From an uncultured Rikenellaceae bacterium (GTDB lineage Bacteria > Bacteroidota > Bacteroidia > Bacteroidales > VadinHA17), in assembly GCA_964611835.1 (NCBI GenBank), contig CAZTDW010000004.1, positions 1 to 63,514 of the forward strand: a DNA stretch of 63,514 nt. Direction: 5' to 3'. The notes beneath the pieces are model-generated. The model was not told the DNA's origin, searched no databases, and was given only the letters and a program-made list of their open reading frames with translations. This document shows positions 57,527-63,514 of this stretch, piece after piece. Numbering within the stretch: the first letter of the stretch is position 1; each line of letters begins with the position of its first letter. Position numbers and translations under genes: made by a program.

Positions 57527-58663
57527 TTACTCCGGCAATATCTGAATGATCCTTCCCGGATTCTCAACGGATACATATATTGATCCGTCAGGTGCCTGAA
57601 TAACATTTCTTACTCTTCCTGAATTACTTAATAAAACATCTTCTTCAATTATTTTATTACCATTCACCACACACCTGATGAGTTTCTGTGATACAAGTCC
57701 GCTCACCAGAAGGTTGCCTTTCCATGATTTGAACTTGTTGCTGGTAATAAAGGCTATTCCGCAGGTTGCGATCGACGGGGTCCAGGTATGGAAAGGAGCT
57801 TCTATTCCTGGTGCATTATGGCCTGATGAGATAGTTGTACCATCGTAATTGACCCCTATGGAATAGGCTGGCCACCCGTAGTTTGCTCCCCCGATAATGA
57901 TATTGACTTCATCACCTCCTCTGGGACCGTGTTCAGTCTCCCAGATTTCACCTGTTTCAGGATTTAGTGCCAAGCCCTGGGGATTCCTGTGTCCAAATGT
58001 ATATATGGATGTAGGTCCGGTATTTCCCGGAATAACCGGATTGTCCTCCGGTATGTTGCCATCATCCCTAAGCCTGTGGATTTTCCCCCATGAAGATGTA
58101 TTGTCCTGTGCATTGGTATTTGTTGCATCGGGTCCGCCATAACTTCCGGCACCACCTTCTCCTACACTCAGATAAAGATATTTTTCCATATCGAACACTA
58201 TCCGGCTTCCATAATGACCATACATGGTATTTGATCCATTGGTAGTAAAGATATTTTCAATATTCTGAACATGATCATTGGTGATCTTAAAACGAATAAG
58301 CTTCAACAGGCCGCCTCCTGCGGGATTTGATGCAGCATAGCATGCATAGACCCAGCCATTTTTTGAATAATCAGGGTGGACCCTGATGTCAAGTAATCCA
58401 CCCTGTCCGTTAGAAAGTACTTCCGGAAATCCGGTAATCTCGGTAACAGTCTCATTGTTTTTTCTGTATAGATTTCCCTGCTTTTCCCCGAAAATAAGAT
58501 CCCCGTTGGGAATAAAATCCATACCCCAGATTATCTCATAACCTGTTAATATGGTTTTCATATTCAAAAGGGGGACACCTGTCAGATCTTCCTCAGTCCC
58601 TTTTTCGCATGAATAGAGTACAGGAAGAGTTAAGCTTAACAGTATTAATATTTTTTTTCTCAT
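57527..58663 (-). CDS. PQQ-dependent sugar dehydrogenase (soluble glucose/sorbosone dehydrogenase family)
   Basis: Lipoprotein signal (VLYSC), GHRNPQGLA and EHGPRGGDEVN. Confidence 0.8.
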   Translation of the reverse strand: MRKKILILLSLTLPVLYSCEKGTEEDLTGVPLLNMKTILTGYEIIWGMDFIPNGDLIFGEKQGNLYRKNNETVTEITGFPEVLSNGQGGLLDIRVHPDYSKNGWVYACYAASNPAGGGLLKLIRFKITNDHVQNIENIFTTNGSNTMYGHYGSRIVFDMEKYLYLSVGEGGAGSYGGPDATNTNAQDNTSSWGKIHRLRDDGNIPEDNPVIPGNTGPTSIYTFGHRNPQGLALNPETGEIWETEHGPRGGDEVNIIIGGANYGWPAYSIGVNYDGTTISSGHNAPGIEAPFHTWTPSIATCGIAFITSNKFKSWKGNLLVSGLVSQKLIRCVVNGNKIIEEDVLLSNSGRVRNVIQAPDGSIYVSVENPGRIIQILPE

Positions 58664-59121
58664 TAGTTCTCTCTAAATCAGTTTCTGCCCTGTATATCTT
58701 TTTAAATTTCCGGAAAACTTTTAAGTTCTATTATATGATATTTATTATTTAAGCATTTGAAACAAAAAGAGTTTCATTATTATAAACAATCAAAATCATT
58801 GTTTGTTTATAAGTCAGTTTTTTCGGTTTGTGAGAATGCGACAGTAACCTTACTACAGGATTAAGAAAATGCAGTGAGGAATAGTAGTAAGCAAGTTTAA
58901 CAGATAATCAATAAGGCAGGTGTTTTGTTACTGTGTAAAATATAAGTAGTCATTTCCTGAATAGCTTGCTCAGCTGATCCGGGATAAGTGTGTGACCGGA
59001 ATTCCAAAGTGCTTATTAATACGGGAAATTATGTTGGAGGATATTTCAAATGGCAGCCTTATTGTTTATATTTATACAGCCTTTAGGCGTAATATAAACT
59101 ATTAATTTTAAAGATATTAAA

Positions 59122-60057
59122 ATGAATATCCGATTTTTATTTGCAGTAGCTTTAGTTTTTTGCTACCTGCCATCTCAGGCACAGAAAACTGAAACAGGTC
59201 CCTATACCATTTCAATGCTTGCTTCCGGAGTATTTCATATTGAGGATGCAAATAAAAGTAATCCAGCCGGTATGCACGCTGATGCAGATGGTAAGATAAC
59301 CGGTTTGAATAATTGTTCTGATATGTACCTGGTGGCCGGGAAAGATAAGGTTCTGTTGATAGACCTTTCGAATTTCATAAAGTGGGATACAACCGCCATC
59401 AGATCACTGCGTTCTATAGTATATTCTGAAAAAGGCGGAAAGGATCTGTTTATCACTGTAACCCATTTTCATGGTGACCATACCGGAATGCTTCCTGCCT
59501 TTAAGGACGATGCCAATGCCTTCTTCTGGATACCTGCGGAAGAATTCAAGGGAAAAGGGATATTCCCGGACGAAAGAACAATACCCTTTCCTGAAAACGC
59601 ATCACTCGACCTGGGTGGCGGATATATAATAAATTCATTTGAAGTACCCGGACATTCTCCTCATTCAACCATTTTTTTTCTAAAGGGCAAAAACCTGTTA
59701 TTTTCTGGAGATGCTATTGGTTCAGGAAACGGTGTCTGGCTTTTTTCCTATGATAGTTTTATGTTGTATAAGGAGAGCATTAATAAACTGATAAAGTATA
59801 TCCTGGATCCTGCTAACGAAGTGGATACAGAAAAGCTGATTGTTTATGGTGGCCACTACTGGCAAAAAGGTGAAAAGGAAAAACTGACTGCACAGTATAT
59901 TTTCGATATGCAGACACTGATCGACAAGATCGGGGAGGGTAAAGCAGTCGAAGAAAAAACAACTTATAACAAATACCTGGATACCAACTTCAGATATGGG
60001 ACTGCAACAATAACCTGGAATAAAGCAGACGCGGTGAAATATTGCAATAGCCGTTGA
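59122..60057 (+). CDS. MBL-fold metallo-hydrolase, secreted
   Basis: Signal peptide and THFHGDHTG (HxHxDH). Confidence 0.8.
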   Translation: MNIRFLFAVALVFCYLPSQAQKTETGPYTISMLASGVFHIEDANKSNPAGMHADADGKITGLNNCSDMYLVAGKDKVLLIDLSNFIKWDTTAIRSLRSIVYSEKGGKDLFITVTHFHGDHTGMLPAFKDDANAFFWIPAEEFKGKGIFPDERTIPFPENASLDLGGGYIINSFEVPGHSPHSTIFFLKGKNLLFSGDAIGSGNGVWLFSYDSFMLYKESINKLIKYILDPANEVDTEKLIVYGGHYWQKGEKEKLTAQYIFDMQTLIDKIGEGKAVEEKTTYNKYLDTNFRYGTATITWNKADAVKYCNSR

Positions 60058-60345
60058 TCCTTACCAAACTGCACCGTAGTTGATTGACTACCTCGGAAAG
60101 CGAAGGAGCAAGCCTGGTGCGATGGCAAAAAAGCCTAACCTTAAATTTTCAATTCATCCATCCCATTTACAGTTTAAGTTTGAGATATGGTATAGTTACC
60201 CGGACCAAAACTGGCACCGGAAATGGTAAGTCCCTCCGGCTTTTGTGATTATCTGTTTATTCTGGATAAATACAGATTGTTACCTGCCATTCTGAATGAA
60301 CAATTGAGCATATTCCCGGGTTAATAAATTAAATTCTATTTCAAC

Positions 60346-61011
60346 ATGGATAGCTCAAACCGGAAGACTATTATAACAGTTATGATTGCATTTTTTGCTA
60401 TCAGTGTCAGCAGCTGTAAAAAAGAAGCTTCAATTGAAACTGTAACAGATATTGATGGGAATGTTTATAAAACGTTATCGATTGGCAATCAGGTCTGGAT
60501 GTGCGAAAACCTGAAAGTTTTACATTTCAGGAATGGTAATCCGATACAGACAACAACGACTCCTTCTGAAGACTTAATGCTGGTGGATAAACCCAATTAT
60601 CAGTGGGCTTATGAAGGTAATGAAAGCTATGTAGACGAATATGGAAGATTGTATTCATTTTATGCAGTTGCAGATACCCGTGGTATTTGTCCTGAAGGAT
60701 GGCATATTCCCAGTGATGAAGAATGGACTTTTTTAACAGATTTTCTGGGAGGAGAAAGCCAGGCACAGAAAAAATTAACTGATCTGGGTTTCAATCCGCA
60801 ATTTGGAGGATCAAGACTGACTGATATTTTTTTTGACATAGATCAAAATGGTATTTACTGGAGCGGCACATTCGTTCCCGAAAATAGCGAGCCGGGGTTA
60901 GCACCTGAAGAGCAAGTATATATCAGAACAATGGCGAATGGTTCAGAAAACATTTACAGAAGCTACCGGTATTTTAAAAACGGTGCATCTGTCAGGTGTA
61001 TAAAGGATTAG
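60346..61011 (+). CDS. FISUMP-domain lipoprotein
   Basis: Lipobox (ISVSSC). DIDGNVYKTLSIGNQVWMCENLK, CPEGWHIPSDEEW and SVRCIKD. Confidence 0.75.
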   Translation: MDSSNRKTIITVMIAFFAISVSSCKKEASIETVTDIDGNVYKTLSIGNQVWMCENLKVLHFRNGNPIQTTTTPSEDLMLVDKPNYQWAYEGNESYVDEYGRLYSFYAVADTRGICPEGWHIPSDEEWTFLTDFLGGESQAQKKLTDLGFNPQFGGSRLTDIFFDIDQNGIYWSGTFVPENSEPGLAPEEQVYIRTMANGSENIYRSYRYFKNGASVRCIKD

Positions 61012-61300
61012 AAAACAAAATCAGATTTCATCGTTTTGACCATCACGAAATGATCTGTTAATCACTTAATTCCTGGCCCGAAACTGGCATTAATTTTAAA
61101 AACGCCTGGTATTGTTTGTGCTGGTGTCTTATTTTTCTTAAAATCTGTCATGCTTTGACCACTTCAGAAGACGGTCTGAAAACACAATTAAACCTTTAGT
61201 TTAAGGGCTCATGAATATTTATCATGATGAGGTCATGTTAAAACAAATTCATCATCTTACCGTTTTAAGTCATTAAGAAACTAATGGAATCCGGAAACAC

Positions 61301-62245
61301 ATGAAACAAATTATTATTATAATTCTTGTTGCTTCATTATTAACTGGCTGCAGCAAGGAAAGCGGTACGATTCTGCATAAAGTCAGATACACAACAACAG
61401 AAAGTGCAATTGAGTCGGAAAAAAGCCAGAATAATACGGCAAAAAGTCCGGATGAGTATACTTATACCCAGTTTGGAACCTACATAACCAGCCTGACTCC
61501 TGAAAAGTTCACTGCAAAAATTGGAATAATGTGTTATCAGGACAATTGGGATCTGAAGGATAATTCGACACATATTATTTCATATGTGGATGGCCATGAT
61601 AATGATCCGAATTATGAAATAGCCACATATGCTGATTTTTCAGGCAACGCGGAAGTCAGTATCGATCCGATTCTGTACAGCACAGATTTGGTGGGAGAAG
61701 AGAAAAGGTTATTTAAACAAAAGGAAGTGACTTTCAATTATTTCAATTTTGTTCCTATTTATTTTTATCAGGAACTGGAATTACCTGCTCAATATAAGGA
61801 TAAACAATTGTTACAGGTCGAAATGGACGCAGAACCCGATCCGGAGTATTATTTTGATCAGGGAAGTAACTGTGTCATTCTCAAATCCTATAGTTTTTCC
61901 TTTCTGAGACCGCTGGGCCGCTATCCCTTTATGTTTGTTTTCGGGAATGCGGAATCGACATATATTTTTAACCAGGAGGGGAATCAGATATTTCCATCAG
62001 CCGATCTTCCGTTCGGTGGTTCCATGAGTTCCCCCGTAGTCAGAAGCAATAAATATGATCCTGTCACTGTAACAATGCCACAGGACGGGGAAGAAATCAC
62101 GATGTCTTCCACCATTATGTTCGATTCGCGGAATTTAATACAGGTTTATGCGGGTGCCGACGATATTGCCTATACCAGTGATGATATTTTTGTATATGCT
62201 CCTTCATACTGGGAAAGGCTGAATGTAAAACTTGAAATAAAATAG
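61301..62245 (+). CDS. Hypothetical lipoprotein
   Basis: Lipobox (LLTGC). 314 aa. I recognised no family. Confidence 0.5.
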   Translation: MKQIIIIILVASLLTGCSKESGTILHKVRYTTTESAIESEKSQNNTAKSPDEYTYTQFGTYITSLTPEKFTAKIGIMCYQDNWDLKDNSTHIISYVDGHDNDPNYEIATYADFSGNAEVSIDPILYSTDLVGEEKRLFKQKEVTFNYFNFVPIYFYQELELPAQYKDKQLLQVEMDAEPDPEYYFDQGSNCVILKSYSFSFLRPLGRYPFMFVFGNAESTYIFNQEGNQIFPSADLPFGGSMSSPVVRSNKYDPVTVTMPQDGEEITMSSTIMFDSRNLIQVYAGADDIAYTSDDIFVYAPSYWERLNVKLEIK

Positions 62246-62435
62246 TTCCAGCTAATTATTACATAAGTAGGTGATCCAGATCACATTTCGCCGGTACTAA
62301 TTGACCAATTGAAGACGGAGTCAATCTCATGTACTATTGATAAATATGAAAATGGTATTCTTTCCGGCAGAATATGGTCAAGGCTATCGGCTTGTGCAGT
62401 AACTCTGTAATATTAAAAGAGTTGACATAGTTTTT

Positions 62436-62464
62436 TTGACTTTGGGATTTTTGTGGTGTAACTT
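62436..62464 (+). promoter_or_regulatory. Conserved promoter-like motif, copy 8
   Basis: TTTTTTTGACTTTGGGATTTTTGTGGTGTAACTTAT. Lies 46 nt upstream of the 62510 start. Confidence 0.55.
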
Positions 62465-62509
62465 ATATTTTAAATCGTAGACTTTAATTAATAACAAAGC
62501 ATTAAAACT

Positions 62510-62929
62510 ATGGAAAAATCAGGAAAAGTTGGAGCACAAATCTATGGTTATACAGTTTGTGTAGTTGCTGTAATCGCATTTCTAATATCCGTTACCACTC
62601 TTGTAAATGCTATTATTGATCTTCCAGACCCAATTCATGGAGGAATCTTGTTCCCTCAAGGACCCAGTCTGGCATCTTTTGACAATTATAAGATGGATAT
62701 TCTAAAGTCACTTCAAAAAGGAGATGAGTCTTCAAAAACCTCATACGTTCCTGACGATCAAACTTTGCATGCAATGTATGAAGCTGCAAGGAACGATAAA
62801 ATACAATCTGTTAAACACCAGTCAAATAAGTCAATCATCGTTGGGGGTCTCATAATTTTTATTTGCGTCATTCTTTTTATAATTCATTGGAGATGGGTGC
62901 GAAAACTTAATAAATTGGCAGCATCATAA
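62510..62929 (+). CDS. Hypothetical 2-TM membrane protein
   Basis: N- and C-terminal hydrophobic helices. 139 aa. Confidence 0.45.
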   Translation: MEKSGKVGAQIYGYTVCVVAVIAFLISVTTLVNAIIDLPDPIHGGILFPQGPSLASFDNYKMDILKSLQKGDESSKTSYVPDDQTLHAMYEAARNDKIQSVKHQSNKSIIVGGLIIFICVILFIIHWRWVRKLNKLAAS

Positions 62930-63003
62930 AACATCATCTTTCATTTAGTAAGAAATATCACATAGATATATAACCAAACTATCATTTTATTTGATGAGGG
63001 ATA

Positions 63004-63032
63004 TTGACTTTGGTGTAACCATAGAGTAACTT
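63004..63032 (+). promoter_or_regulatory. Conserved promoter-like motif, copy 9 (hybrid or duplicated)
   Basis: ATTTTATTTGATGAGGGATATTGACTTTGGTGTAACCATAGAGTAACTTTA. Lies 114 nt upstream of ATG 63146. Confidence 0.45.
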
Positions 63033-63145
63033 TATCCAGTATTTTTGTTGAAAAGCAATGATTTAGAAAGTTTTAACAATATATTTTCCGTAGAATATTT
63101 TTCAAAATTTCATTTTCTTCTTTATTATTATTAAATCTATCTTAT

Positions 63146-63514
63146 ATGAAAAACAAAAACATTTTTATTTTTATGTCTTTTAATAGGCATTACGACTATC
63201 AAGCTTTCTGCACAAACCAGGACCATTAATACTATTGAACCTAAATGGGATGTACCTGATCTGGAAATATTTTGTAACGGTGTACAGGTTGATTTGTTAA
63301 AAAATGATGGGTATGATTTGAGGATGAGCGCTCATTATAAAGATGGTAATTATACATGGTGGACGGGTAAGGTTAATAACCTTATTTATATCAGTGAATG
63401 GACCGGTGAAGTTTTCAAAGTACAAGTGAAAGATGGTTGGTGTATGAAGGATAATCTATATCAGATTCGATTCAACATAATCGGGGAAAAGGGAAACCAT
63501 TATGTAATTGAAGG
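63146..63514 (+). CDS. Partial secreted protein of unknown function, with an apparent 1-nt frameshift in the signal-peptide region
   Basis: ATG 63146 opens a 27-codon frame. A frame offset by +1 is open from 63150 to the window end and encodes KTKTFLFLCLLIGITTIKLSAQ..., a signal peptide with no start codon. Confidence 0.4.

Noticed and set aside
51326-60120. Shared CCGTAGTTGA...CGAAGG strings at 51326 and 60076 as a repeat or small RNA
   Set aside because: A single 10-mer identity plus a short imperfect hairpin. Thousands of 10-mer coincidences are expected in a window this size.
40041-61180. A second dispersed motif family TTGACC(AC)TTC... (for example 40041, 44176, 49995, 51217, 61156, 62301)
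   Set aside because: The copies share only 8-12 nt and have variable flanks. Matches of that length are expected by chance in 127 kb of two-strand sequence. At least two copies fall inside apparent coding remnants. I do not consider this supported without a statistical motif search.
1-63514. tRNA, rRNA, CRISPR arrays, transposases, integrases or prophage genes
   Set aside because: I looked for T-loop GGTTCGAATCC-type strings, regularly spaced direct repeats, and DDE or tyrosine-recombinase-like ORFs on both strands, and found none. The window is not an obvious mobile island.

Overview
The window looks like a Bacteroidota-type chromosomal segment. The genes are mostly monocistronic or in short operons. 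Many encode lipoproteins or exported proteins, and promoters follow the -33 TTG / -7 TAnnTTTG layout. I found no rRNA, tRNA, CRISPR array, transposase, integrase or phage genes.

The coding content is dominated by exported carbohydrate and redox enzymes: a sulfatase, GH18, GH10-like and GH39-like hydrolases, a CE4 deacetylase, two TAT-signal Gfo/Idh/MocA oxidoreductases, two DUF1080 proteins, a PQQ sugar dehydrogenase and a CBM9/DUF5916 protein. There are also two clusters containing CrtI-like FAD oxidoreductases, two long-chain acyl-CoA synthetases, crcB-DUF190, a VIT transporter, a peroxiredoxin, and several small unknown lipoproteins and membrane proteins.

The main observations, in order of interest:
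1. A paralogous family of single-pass membrane proteins carries a cytoplasmic N-terminal TIR domain with the catalytic-type Glu retained, fused to a TolB-N-like plus TPR periplasmic sensor. There are two intact copies, which share a conserved promoter and leader, and one decayed sensor-only remnant.
2. A roughly 40-nt promoter-like motif (core TTGACT-N17-TAACTT) has a conserved spacer and occurs nine times, always on the + strand. One copy fires convergently into the 3' end of a TIR gene.
3. A FISUMP-family gene is interrupted by two in-frame TAA codons, both at positions that are Glu in the intact paralogs.
4. Four TTACGTAA palindromes are phased at exactly 12 bp.
5. A nested palindromic element contains a perfect 23-bp stem.
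6. The final, partial gene has a homopolymer-associated frameshift.

All functional calls come from motif recognition by eye. No database search was run.
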